A DNA stretch of 64,000 nucleotides from positions 1 through 64,000 of the forward strand of contig CT867993.1 in NCBI GenBank assembly GCA_000165425.1, written 5' to 3'. How positions within the stretch are numbered: position 1 is the first letter of the stretch; every line of letters begins with the position of its first letter. Made by a program: the position numbers and the translations under genes. The notes under the pieces were generated by a model. It worked only from the letters and a program-made list of their open reading frames with translations, did no database searches and was not told the origin of the DNA. Source of the stretch: Paramecium tetraurelia. Taxonomy: Eukaryota. Of this stretch, positions 40,069 through 51,314 are shown in pieces.

Positions 40069-41295
40069 ATGAAAATACTATTATTAGTTCTAATTGGCTT
40101 GGTAGTATTCACATAGGATAATAGGCATTATGCAAATTAGGCACAGATCCAAAGATAGTCTTAGCCGAAATCGATGACCATCATATGGGCAAAACATTTT
40201 TGAATGCTATTCAAATCAGTCTTGCAACTGGATCACCTGTCCATGAAATTCAAAGCTACATCAACAATATCAGGTAATTACAAAGCATAACATCAGATTC
40301 ATGTTGGAATAAGAACAAAAGGATTCAGATCTCTTTATTCAAAATACGTAAGCCTCTTGCAATAGACTGTTGCATGACTTTTCCACAAACTTGGCTTATC
40401 ATCAAAGCTAATTGAAGGCACACTAAAAAATAGTTGATGTTAGATATATTATAATAATCTTAGGAAAACACAAACAATTTATAAAGATCACTCAATAAAA
40501 TTGCTGAAGTCTCTGTGGAAATTGAAGAAAATTCAAAGAAAACTAATGCAGGATAGAGTGAAAGAGATTTATAGTATGCAGAATTCTAATCCAAAATAAA
40601 GGATCATACTGAAGCAATTTCAGCAATAGATGAAGCTTATGCACTCATTGAACATTTGTCTGGAGGTTCTTCATTCATTCAAGTTAAGGGAAGATTTAAC
40701 AAAGTTCTATAGAGATTACAAAGGTATTTCGATTTCAGTATGTGGTAGTCAATCTACAGGTTTGTTGTTTTAACCAATCTTAACTATGATGACTCAATTG
40801 TCTTCAAAATCAGATTCAGACACTGCTAAGAAAGTGCTTTAATTGTTGGCTAATTTGAGAGTTCAGATAGTTGAAAGCAAAGGAAATGATGAATCCATTG
40901 AGAAATAACAAAATTTGAATTGGTAATAATTCTTGTCAGACTTGACAAATGAGAAAAACACATTGTAACAATTCTATGCTGTATATATTTAGATCAGATC
41001 AGAGATAGAATTTAGAATAAGCAATATTGAATTATCAAAGCATAATTGAAGAGTCTGAAGGGAAAGTGGAATATCACGCTGCTGAAGTAGAGAGAAATCA
41101 GGTAAAAAGAAAGTTATACAATAGAATAACTTAGAAGGATAAGATTAATGGTGTAGATAACAATAAGATATTTATTAGATGGAAACTCAATCCAGAGTTT
41201 AGACCTAGGATCTCATATCAAGAATATCTGATCACATCTAAGATAAGATCGTTACACTCAAGGAGTATTTAAGAGAGAGACTTCAATTAAATTGA
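40069..41295 (+). CDS. Trichocyst matrix protein precursor (TMP/Grl family)
   Basis: Signal peptide; LAEIDDHHMGKTFLNAIQISLATGSPV; helical acidic body; GGSSFIQVK processing-type motif; multiple short introns. Confidence 0.85.
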
Positions 41296-41369
41296 TATTT
41301 CTTTAAGTATTGATATTAATAAAAAACAATAAAATATATATGGAGAAAAAAAAGTTTTACTCTAATTCA

Positions 41370-41850
41370 CAAATTGAATTGTAACTTCTGGTTCTAGACT
41401 AATTTTATCATGCTGCTCTCTAGTTTGAATTATTATGCTGAATTTTCCTAATTTAAAAATACATGGCTATTTAAATATTGAAATAAAATACTTTATTAGA
41501 AGGAGTATTTATCCACTTTCTTCCATTAAAGTATATAGAAATCGCGTTGGTAAGATTGGGACTTTAAATTTATGAAGGCATAGCCAGGATTAGTGGATCC
41601 ATCAAAAGACAAGTTAAAGTATTCAAAAATGTTTTGGATCGATTTTCATCATAATCATTTCATTGATGTAGCCTAAATGTTTATCTTTTATGGATGTCCA
41701 GAAATCAAATCAGAACTACTTCTTTTAATGTAAACAATGATGAAGAGATAGTATTTTTTGCATATTCCTCATAGATTTTTATCTATTTTTCACATATTTT
41801 ACAAAAATAATTCTTTTTTTTTCAACAAATATTAAAAAATTACATTTCAT
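41370..41850 (-). pseudogene. Degenerate Mei2-like RRM (RRM_2) gene
   Basis: EYFNLSFDGSTNPGYAFINL..RDFY.YFNGRKW..PSNK, 25-nt GTA..TAG intron, then PC; frameshifts and TGA stops. Confidence 0.65.
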
Positions 41851-42234
41851 CTTAACTTTTTTCAAATCAAGATTATTTACAATGATTTAATATTTAAAGA
41901 GTAAAGGATAATACAAATGAATAATAAATTAGATATTTACTATTATTGGCTGCCGTAAGTGCAGGAAATCAACGGCGTGGATTATGAATCCTCTTCATAT
42001 TATCGGCGACAATTATGAAGATATAAACGGTGAATTTTGGAATGAATCTGTGAGTTGAATTCAATGATCAGGAGATGCCAGAACACAAGAGGGGATGAAT
42101 CAGATAAGCGATACCTCTAAAGAAGCAAACAACTGTTAGAAATTACGAAGGAGATTTTATATCCAACAGCGATGACATGCTTGCCCTTCTTACATACCAA
42201 GATGACCATATAGAAAATCTAGTAAAAAGCCACC

Positions 42235-42510
42235 TATGGAAAAATTAAAAAAAATTTTGTTAAATATGCTGTAGGACAATTTGGCAGTGGATGGGTATGG
42301 TTTATAAAAAATAGGACCGATGTATCATCTCTTCGGTCAAAAAAGGATGCAGAACTACTACTTTTATACCAGGGAACTGTATTCGTATTTTGTGATGTAT
42401 GGGAACATTCTTATTAATTAGACTATCAAAATCGTCGGGCTAATCATGTTAGGATGTCATCTCACATCTTTAGAATGGGGATTTTGCTGAAGATAATTAT
42501 TTAAAATTTC
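42235..42510 (+). pseudogene. sodB: Fe superoxide dismutase, C-terminal half
   Basis: FVKYAVGQFGSGWVWF..CDVWEHSY(TAA)LDYQNRRANHV..W/DFAEDNY; N-terminal metal-ligand half absent. Confidence 0.85.
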
Positions 42511-43125
42511 CTTTTAAAAAATACATCTGTCATCATCCGACTATCTAAAATACTGTGTCCTGGAAGAAAGATAAAGGATCTTTCACTTGGAGAGCTCTTT
42601 TGATACAGATTCTATCAAATCCCCTAACTTTGGCGCTAAGCTGAGTAGTATAATAAAAAAAATAGGGCGAAGATGAATAAAGTCATCCAACATTGTATAG
42701 TTAAAAAGGCTATAAAATAGCTATTAATTATGCCTGACCATTTTTTCGCAAAACTTATTAAAAGAAAAATCTTTGGACCATCAAAATAAGAACTTATAAT
42801 ATATACACCGTAATATCACTAAGAACAGCAATGATTATTACAAAAATATTAACCCTTTACTTGATATTGCCGAAAAATTACCAAAAAAAATTAAAACTAT
42901 AAAAATCCCCAATATACCACAAATACATCCAAGAGGAAGTTTAAATGATATACATATTACAAATTTTTACTAAAGCAATCCCCTTTCCACATACTAGTAG
43001 ATGATCTAAAGTCAATTTGCCCCACATCCAATGCAAATTATCCAAAATACCAACAACAATATACAAGAAGTATATATATACGTTGATAAAATAACGTCAT
43101 ATTGATTATTTCAATATAACCATTT
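42500..43125 (-). pseudogene. cdsA: Phosphatidate cytidylyltransferase
   Basis: Hydrophobic frames; SDITVY..GPKIFLLISFAKKWSG (cf. GGPKLAPxISPxKTWSG); LGDLIESVSK/RALQVKD../PGHSILD (cf. GDLxESxxKRxxxVKDS..PGHGGxLD); frameshifted. Confidence 0.8.
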
Positions 43126-43149
43126 TCAAATATTAAAGATGTTCTTCGC

Positions 43150-43777
43150 GCACTTCATCAAACTGACTTGAACATTGTTTAAATCTTAAATTGCAAATAC
43201 CAAATCTTCTACATTAAAATCTGGCCAATATTTATCAGAAAGATAAAGTTCCATATAGCTAGATTGCCAAGGTGATGTATATAAAAATTTTGTTATAAAA
43301 TTTTCAAAAAGCTCATCAATTGTATACACTCCTTCGTTTATTTTTCGACAAGTTTTTTGCATAACTTGCAAATATCATTTCTTCCGCAATAACTAAATGC
43401 AATTTTTAATCGAAGATATCTATTGTTTGCCGTTAAATCTTCTACTTCTTGAATCAACTTTTACATAAAGGGAGATAAAACCTGCCTTTGATCAATAACA
43501 CATATACAAACACCATTTTTTGCAACAGATCTCTTTTATTTTTAGATAATATTCCATGAAACGTAAAATAGCCTTCAATTCGCCAACAGGCCTTTTCCAT
43601 TTTTCTGATAAAAGCAAAAAACCTGATAAATAATTTATACCTAATTGATGGCACCCTTCAACAATACTTCGCAAAAATAATAGATCCTCTTCTATACGCA
43701 TTTATTTTCATTTCGTTGCCCATCTGCCATTTCTATCCATAATAATAGTCACATGAAAAAAAGAGTCTATTTTTCAT
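43150..43777 (-). pseudogene. uppS: Undecaprenyl diphosphate synthase (cis-prenyltransferase)
   Basis: HVTIIMDRNGRWA, LGINYLS..SEKWKRP, LKIAFSYCGRNDI, WQSSYMELYLSDKYWPDF; internal TGA, frameshifts, DLLIRTSGExRxSNF motif deleted. Confidence 0.9.
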
Positions 43778-43800
43778 TATGCAATCATTCTTTTTTTAAA

Positions 43801-44160
43801 TTAAAAACCATTTTTTTGTTCTACCCATAATGTTTTATACATCCCACCAATAGATAAATCGTTGAATGAGAAACTATCTTCAATAATTTTTCCATGACCT
43901 TACACAATAAAGTTGATAATTTATGCGTTATAATAATAGCTGTTTTATTTTTGATAAACTCCCATAACCATTTTGAATAATTTGCTCTGTCAGTGATTCC
44001 ATGTTTAATGTTGCTTCAAAATAAGAATAGGTGCATCTTTAAATTGTACCTGCTAAAATAAAACTCTGTCTTTGACAAACTGATAATTTTTCGCCTTTTT
44101 CTCCAACAAAAGTCTTATACTCTTTAGGGGATCCATATCGAATTTTGTCTTCTAAGTTTG
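43801..44160 (-). pseudogene. Bacterial ABC exporter (MsbA/MdlB-like), C-terminal half of the NBD
   Basis: KIRYG|PKEYKTFVGEKGEKLSVCQRQ../KDAPILIL../KNKTAIIITHKLSTL../GKIIED..GMYKTLWVEQKNGF then TAA; signature and Walker B mutated. Confidence 0.85.
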
Positions 44161-44940
44161 TGGGGTTTTTCTCATCATTAAGGTGGTTCTGTTATTGCAA
44201 TCAATCTAAAATTTAAGTCTGGAATCATACATTTGTTGTGTTGAAGTCAAATGATTATTCGCTTCTTCGGGTTTGTCAAAATCATCCTTGAATAAATTGA
44301 GGTAATTCAGAGTGAATTGAACTAAAAGTTTGATTGCTACTTATAAAGATCTATGATTCTTTGAATAATTAAAAGGAATGAGTACAATAAGCTTCGAGTG
44401 TAGAGTTTAGAAATTCATCAGATATAGACGAATGGTTTAAAATATTTAATCAACGTAATTAAAATGCTACTCTTTTTGTAATAAAAACAATCTCATTTTA
44501 ATTAGCAGAGATTGATTTAGTATCTAATTTACAAAAAATAGGAAAAAATAGATATTATTTGTCCATATATTAGTGCTAAAATTCCTATCTATTCTATTTT
44601 AGAAAATCTAGTAATTACTCCAAGATTTGTTTTTATGGACATTAACAGATTGTTACAACTATTGATAATCGCAATATCGAAAAAAAAATTTGATTTCATA
44701 CTATAAGCCAATTTTGAAAGACTTTCAGAAAAATCTTTCCAACGGTTTTCTTCTTCTGAATTCTTTATTGGTATTGCCGTGTCTCTTAAAAAGATATTTT
44801 AATCCTAGTTTTATAACAAAAAAGGAATTATTTTTGCAATGAAAAAATATAGATAATAATGTATAAGGAATATTTTAAAAAAATACTACCTCTTCATTAT
44901 TGTTTACAATACAAAAAGGTGTTAAGGGGTGTAAAAAAAA

Positions 44941-45654
44941 TCAAAGGGTGATGTGTTGAATTATGTTACGTGCTTTTTGCCAGCGTTGATGAATGCCATT
45001 TTGTTTAAAAGGGTCTTGTTCTTGGATTGGGAGCAAAGGGACCATTCCAGTTAAGCACCATGTATAACGCTCTGTCTCTTTTGCATAGTATTTGGCGTTG
45101 ATAGGAGTAATTTTGGTGGCGATAGATTCTAATTGTTGTAATGCATGGTTAATAACAGCACGAGTATGGCGAACTTCAAGTGGATCTTGATTTGTAATAG
45201 GTTGAAAAAAAGAAGGACAATGTTCTTTTGCAACCATTTCTATGTCTTTTGTGATATTTTCGATATACCAATCAACTTCTGCTTCTAGAATCTAATGTTT
45301 TATTTTAGGCAGCTCAATATCATAATTTATATAATTAGGATTGCTCTAATAACGATCAACATATCTGGCATAAGTTGCTGTATTAACATATGCATGAACA
45401 TCAAAGAGATTATGCATATATTCTAAATTAATAAGAAAATCCTGTTTTAGAAACTCATTTATTTCTTTTTTTTCTATCCATTATTCTAAAATATCTTGCC
45501 GAGCTTCTAAAAGCATTTAATAAGAGAACAAACCATTTTCTAAAGCACTTATTAAAGAAAGCATTATTTCTGTAGAATTTTCAGAACCATGATTATTTAC
45601 TTCTATCTCTTCTGCCTCAGTTGAAAATGTTGCGTTAACAAATTGTCTATCCAT
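44941..45654 (-). CDS. Hypothetical 237-aa protein of probable bacterial origin, intact under the ciliate code
   Basis: ATG 45654 to TGA 44941 with no frameshift, TGA or intron; 4 TAA/TAG vs 13 CAA/CAG Gln codons; several CGN Arg codons. Confidence 0.6.
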
Positions 45655-45779
45655 CGCTAAACCTTTAAAAATAAAATATAACTATTTAAAATAATGTTCA
45701 TTTATATAGTTTTTTCTTGTTATCTAATTAATTAACAACTTATTAAACTTTTAAATTATGTTAAAAACAAATTTATACA

Positions 45780-47151
45780 TCATTAAATAAATTGTTCGAC
45801 CCTTTATTATTTCTCTGGTTTTGGAGCTTCGTATTACCCTGGATTGTTGAGTTCTGCATTTCGTTGTTTTCTATTCTTAGATTCCTTCATTTCTTGTCTC
45901 TACTTCTTTTTATTCATAAGATATTTAGGTAGATGTCTATGTTTTGCAATTCTCTTGATTTCTGGATTATACTTAAACTTCTCTTTAAGTGCCTATCTAT
46001 AATTCGTTGCATTGGCTTCTCTTTGATTAATAGTTCCTACCTTCTGACTGGCATTGACCTTCCAAATTCTGATGTTCATATCATTAGATCCACTATACAC
46101 AAATTAAGCATCAGCTGAGAATGAAACTGAGTTCACTTATTGCATTCTCTATCCGTGATACACTTCCCTTGAATATCCTTTATTGAATGGGAAAATCCTA
46201 ATAGTTCTGTCAAATGATCCAGAAACGAATTCCCTCCCACTTGAACTAAATGCAACTGACATGACAGCCGAAATGTGATCTTTATGGATCATAGTAGGCT
46301 ATTCAATCTTCCTGATATCATAAGTATAACAATTTGAATCATCATTTCCAATCACAATATTTAATGGTTCAATGGGATTCCATGCCAAACATTAAGACTT
46401 ATTCAACATAGCCACTTTATGAATTGCAGATTCAGCTCTTACATCATACAATATTACACATCTATCCATTGAAGTTCCACAAATTAAATTACTATCAGCT
46501 GGAGAATATTTCACACAACTCACTGAATCCACTCCCCATTAGAATTTCATTATTGGCTTTGGTCTTTCATAATCCCAAACCTAAACTACCTATCCTGCAG
46601 TAGCAAATTATGATAACTAGTAATTGTGATCAACATTCCCCAAAGTTCCTTTACTTAAATATCTCATCAATGGTTCTTAAAATGTATTATTTGATTATTC
46701 CAATAATTAAGGAAAATCATATAAATTGATGGTCTTGTCTTCACCAGAAGAAACTACACGCATTCCATCTCTACTAAATGAAACTCCCTTCACCATCTAT
46801 TAATGTGCATCTATTAAATATAGTGATTATTTCCTTACTTAATTAAATTAATGTTCTTCTACTGGGAATATCCCAAATTCGTATTTCTCCATCATAGCTT
46901 CCACTTACTAATTTTGACAAGTTAAATCTGCATGCTTCAATGCAACTTACTCCATCTGAGTGTCCATTCAATGCTCCCAAGAATGGTTGAGCGTATATTT
47001 TCTCTACTTTTGTAGCCACTAAAGCACGTTGATATTCTCTAGCATGTGCTAAAGGATGTACTTTTGGATTAGGATTCCTATATACTTTAGTAATATCAGC
47101 ATTTGTCGATCTTTCTTATCCAGACCTACAGATTGTGTTGAATTTTACCAT
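45780..47151 (-). CDS. DCAF13: DCAF13/Sof1 WD40 protein (SSU processome)
   Basis: VHPLAHAREYQRALVATKVEKIYAQPFLGALNGHSDG, WNPIEP, DHISAVMSVAFSSSGREFVSGSFD, YHGQRMQ, GSNDMNIRIWK. Confidence 0.96.
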
Positions 47152-47185
47152 AAATTATTAATATATACATATATTAATATTAAAA

Positions 47186-47561
47186 ATGAATTTTATACAA
47201 AGGGCTGCTTATCGTTATGGATAAACCAATCTCTCCAAACTTGAGTAAATTGGATTAAGCCATACCAAAAGTGTCAATTTGTCCCGACCACCAAGGTAAT
47301 TGAAATATTATCAACAATTAGAAATTTCAATCCAGGACAATAAGCCCCAATAGCTTATACTGAATAATTCACTTATCCAAAGGACTACAGACCTTGGACT
47401 ATCAATTACAAGTACGAATACTATTAAACTATGATAGTAAGGATGGTGCTTTTTGGATGGTGATGAGTATTTCTTGGTTTGCATATTTTTCATATGAGTT
47501 GGCATACTTGAGAAGAACAGAGCAAGAGGAAAGACCTAATAAGGATTATTATGCTTCTTGA
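47186..47561 (+). CDS. Small single-pass protein, probably mitochondrial
   Basis: MNFIQRAAYRY presequence-like start; two 26-nt introns; TM GAFWMVMSISWFAYFSY; TGA 47559. Confidence 0.65.
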
Positions 47562-47599
47562 TGAAGTTAATAAATACATAATATAAATTATTAAAATCG

Positions 47600-50172
47600 A
47601 TGAAAGTTGATCTTGACAATCTTAGCAGTGATGATGATTTACTATTTCATACAGGCTTGGGATTTAAGAAATCTAAGGTAAATGATGATGATGAACACGA
47701 AATGGAGATGGAAATACCAAAATACAAGATCCCCCAAAAATAACAATAGAGAGCTCGATTAAATCTCTTTTAGGAATAGTTCGAATAAAATCCAAAAGAG
47801 TAAGTTTAGGAATCCCCCAACAATTAACACTAACAAATATATAAAGAATACCAGAGAAATTAAGCATTTGCTAATTTTCAAAAATCCAATGCCTCTCTTT
47901 TGTCTAATGTCGAGAAGGGTGTGACAGTAAAGATAATTGATAAGAATATGCCAAAGAATGAAAAAGTAAATCAAACAGAGTATAGGATAAAATAAAAGCG
48001 ATAGGTTCAATTTAATCTTGAGAACAATATGGTTCATCCAATAGTTAAAAATGAAGATGAGTATTTGACCTTGGCAGAGAAGCTTCATCTTTCAAACAAC
48101 ATCAGACGTTCTTGGTAATTGTACAGAGTCAATTCTGATTCTGAAGGAGAGGCTTAGGATGATGAGAGTGATGATTCCATAATTGAGGTAGTGAGTTCAA
48201 CTCCCTCTCCTAAACCAAAGGGCATTTTAAAGAAGAAACCCTAAGTTTTTAAAGAGGATGATGGCAAGAAAACAATAACTGTGGAGCAAGTTGCATTTAA
48301 AGATAGTAGAAATAAAAAAAATCTATCTTAAAGAGAAAAAAAAACATTAGAAAAAAGAGTTGAAGAACATGACTATGGTGTTGGGTTGAAGTTTTTGTAG
48401 AAATTAGGATATAAATACGGAGAAGGGTTAGGTGCGAATAAGTAAGGTATTCTGGAACCAGTGATTGCAGTAAAGAAATAATCATTTACAGGGGAGGGAG
48501 TCTAGGAATACGAATATTAAAATGAGGAAGAGGAGCAAGAAAATGAGAATAATTCCACTTAAGACAATAATTAGAAGCCTTTTTTTCAATCTAAAAAACT
48601 CAGTAAATATGAAAAACAATGGAGAAAAAAGAAGAATAAATAAGATGGGTAGCCTACTGTTTAAAACAAGAAAGAAGAAGTACTGAATTTAGATAGGAAT
48701 CACATCATGGACAGTCTTATTAAAGACAATTAGAATAGTAATAAATATAAGATAATTGATATGACAGGTAGTGATATTAATGATTATTTAAATAAGACTT
48801 AGGATGTACAAGTGACAAGTAGTAAAGTAGTTAGGGAATATTTGAAGGAGGTTCAAGAACTAACTTGGTCAGTGTAGAAGATTTTAGAAAAACGTTTAGG
48901 AAAATGGGAGAATAATGAATAGAGTATTAAGAAGGAAAAGGATAAAATTATTATTTTGGAACATGAAAAAAAGGAGGAATTATTATAATTTACATAGTGG
49001 AATGATTCTGTGAAAAGAAAGGAAGACTTTTTAAAATATTTAAAATTCTTTAAAGAGGATGAAGTTTTGATTTCAAATGATTAATTTCCTATTCTTGCTA
49101 AGTTTGAAGAATGCTTTAGGAAGTTTAGTGATTAATTCATATAATTTAATTTAATTGGGTTGTTGGTCAAGAATGCAGAATAGGAAATTAAGGCCCTGAC
49201 TCTTAAGTGGAAAGGACCCATTACAAAAATAGATATTTTATAAAATGAGCATCATTTAATATCAAAAGTAATCACTTTGGCGAAGGATGTGTATATTTAG
49301 AAGAAATCTTAGAATTTAAGCAAATATGCTGAATAATTAGATGTTTTTATAATAAATAATTAAATTTCAACCTCGGATGTGAATAATTTAAAAAGATTTA
49401 TTGGGATATTGATTGCTCCCATTCTAATCAGACTAAGGAATTATCTTTCTTCAGCATATGATCCAACATAAGAAAACTATTTAGTAGAATTTTTAGAATT
49501 GTGGATGAAAGACTTGGCCTTGGTTGAGACTGAAGAGACGGGAGTTAATCAATTTTAGACTATAAGATTGCTGGATTAATAAGTATAAAAGGATATTATG
49601 GGTATAGTTATGTCTAAACTAAAACTTAAGATTTAGGAATGGAATCTGAATTCAACAATATCTTTACATTAATGGTTGTAACCTTGGATCAATTCTAAAT
49701 TGAACAGTAAGGAATTGGTGGAAGAAGTAGAGAAGAAATTGAAACAATTGAAATTTACTGATAGAGATGACTTTGGCTTTAGTGTACTGTAACCTTGGGC
49801 CAGATATTTAGGAGATAATTGGAAAAATCTATTATACATGTCGGTTTTACCGAAGATGTTGTTCTGTCTTCACAATTTGGAAATCAACCCACAAAACCAG
49901 AATGTGCAGCCAATAAAGGAAATTTTCAAGTGGATAGAGGAAATTGATCCACATATTGAAATGATATTCCAGCCATTAATTGAGAAATTGAACACCACCT
50001 TAGAGAATTGGATACGACAGGGGGGAAGTCGAGAGGAGATGCACAAGTAACATAATTCTTACTTATGATTAGGTGGTTGGATGGATGGGAAAGATTCTTG
50101 ATGAAAAGAGTAATTTAGAGGGTGTATAAGTTTGAAACCCAATTCAGTTCGATGAAATAGAAAATTATTTGA
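47600..50172 (+). CDS. TFIP11: Tuftelin-interacting protein 11 / Spp382-like (G-patch + GCFC domain)
   Basis: G-patch YGVGLKFLQKLGYKYGEGLGANKQGILEP; LHQWLQPW; VLPKMLFCLHNLEINPQNQNVQP; WLDGW. Confidence 0.85.
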
Positions 50173-50340
50173 TGATAGTTAAGTTTTATATCATTAGTAC
50201 AATATATTATAAATGTTCTGTTGCTCTCCTCATTCAACTTCATTGATTGACATCTATTAAATTAATGAATAAAATTTTAAAAATAAAATGTAATATCTAC
50301 TGAAGTTTATATAGAGCTATTGAGTACATAAAGCAAGTAA

Positions 50341-50673
50341 TCAATTGAATTGATCATCGTATTCCTTGAAGCAAGACTTCCTTCTGTTCGATTTGCCCAA
50401 ACTACACAATTATGGATTTAAATATGAAGACTCAATCGACTCTATACTACATTGTAATTAGGATCTCAATCTTTATCTAAAATGTGTAATTTCCTCTTCT
50501 GAGTATCTGAGGAAAACCAGAGTGGAAGCTGCAAAACTTACTTTACGTTCCATTTTGGAAAGACTCCATAATCTCAATTCTGGATCGCAATTCCCTTCAA
50601 GAATCTCTTCGTGTACGACAATCTTTTTGGGAGGCATCACAAACTTTAACTTGGGTCCCAAGGTCGTAGTCAT
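50341..50673 (-). CDS. Hypothetical 110-aa protein with RVxF-like motif
   Basis: Intronless code-6 ORF of 333 nt; RKVSF; RRKSCFK. Confidence 0.6.
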
Positions 50674-51032
50674 TTGATATAAAAAGATAATATTATATTA
50701 AATAAAGTAAATTGGATTTTAATATTTTATTGGAATGCTAAACTGACCACCAAAAATGTTTCTCCAGAAAGGAGAGTAAAATTATATCAAATTAAAAGAT
50801 ATTAATTTCAATCTTTTATTTCTAACATTATATATTGATAATATTTATTAATAATTAAATTCCTACTTTTTGTATTGATATTTATCATCCTCTTCAAATC
50901 TTAAATTAATATTAATATTACCAATAATATATTCATTTGACATTCTGCCATTTCTCTCAAATAACAGAACCCTCATTTTAAATACATAGAAATATCACTT
51001 ACAATAATAATTATTAATTAAAATATTGTAAA

Positions 51033-51282
51033 ATGGGAGGTTTTTAGAAGTATCCGATTCCTCGTTATGTGTTGGTAATTATGATCTCATAAATGTCTCT
51101 AGAGTGATGCCTGGCTCTACAACAGATAATGGTTTAGACACTCAGTTCATGTGGCTTTTCCAACATTAATATTGTCATTCCTGATTTATAGAGGAGCCGT
51201 AGCTTCATAGACACAGAAAATGGGAGAAGACTATTATGTTGATCCATAGGATTATCAATCCCCAAAGAAATTGATTTTCTGA
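51033..51282 (+). CDS. Small TM protein resembling NUUM-type complex I accessory subunits
   Basis: MGGFQKYPIPRYVL-28-nt intron-SDAWLYNRQWFRHSVHVAFPTLILSFLIYRG..YVDPQ..LIF*. Confidence 0.6.
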
Positions 51283-51314
51283 GACTTAAAACACAAATAT
51301 AAATATATAATAAA

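Larger units (their letters stand above)
41880..45710. other. Bacterial-derived DNA island (decayed), likely from an alphaproteobacterial endosymbiont
   Basis: Intron-free remnants of sodB, cdsA, uppS and an ABC NBD plus hypothetical ORFs, between intron-containing host loci (TMP/Mei2-like and DCAF13). Confidence 0.8.

Noticed and set aside
44160..44897. 5' part of the island ABC transporter
   Set aside because: No Walker A or TMD motifs found; probably another decayed ORF but unidentifiable
41880..45710. Island as mitochondrial insertion or plain bacterial contamination
   Set aside because: uppS, cdsA and sodB are not ciliate mtDNA genes, and contaminant DNA would carry intact genes; a chimeric join still needs read-level exclusion
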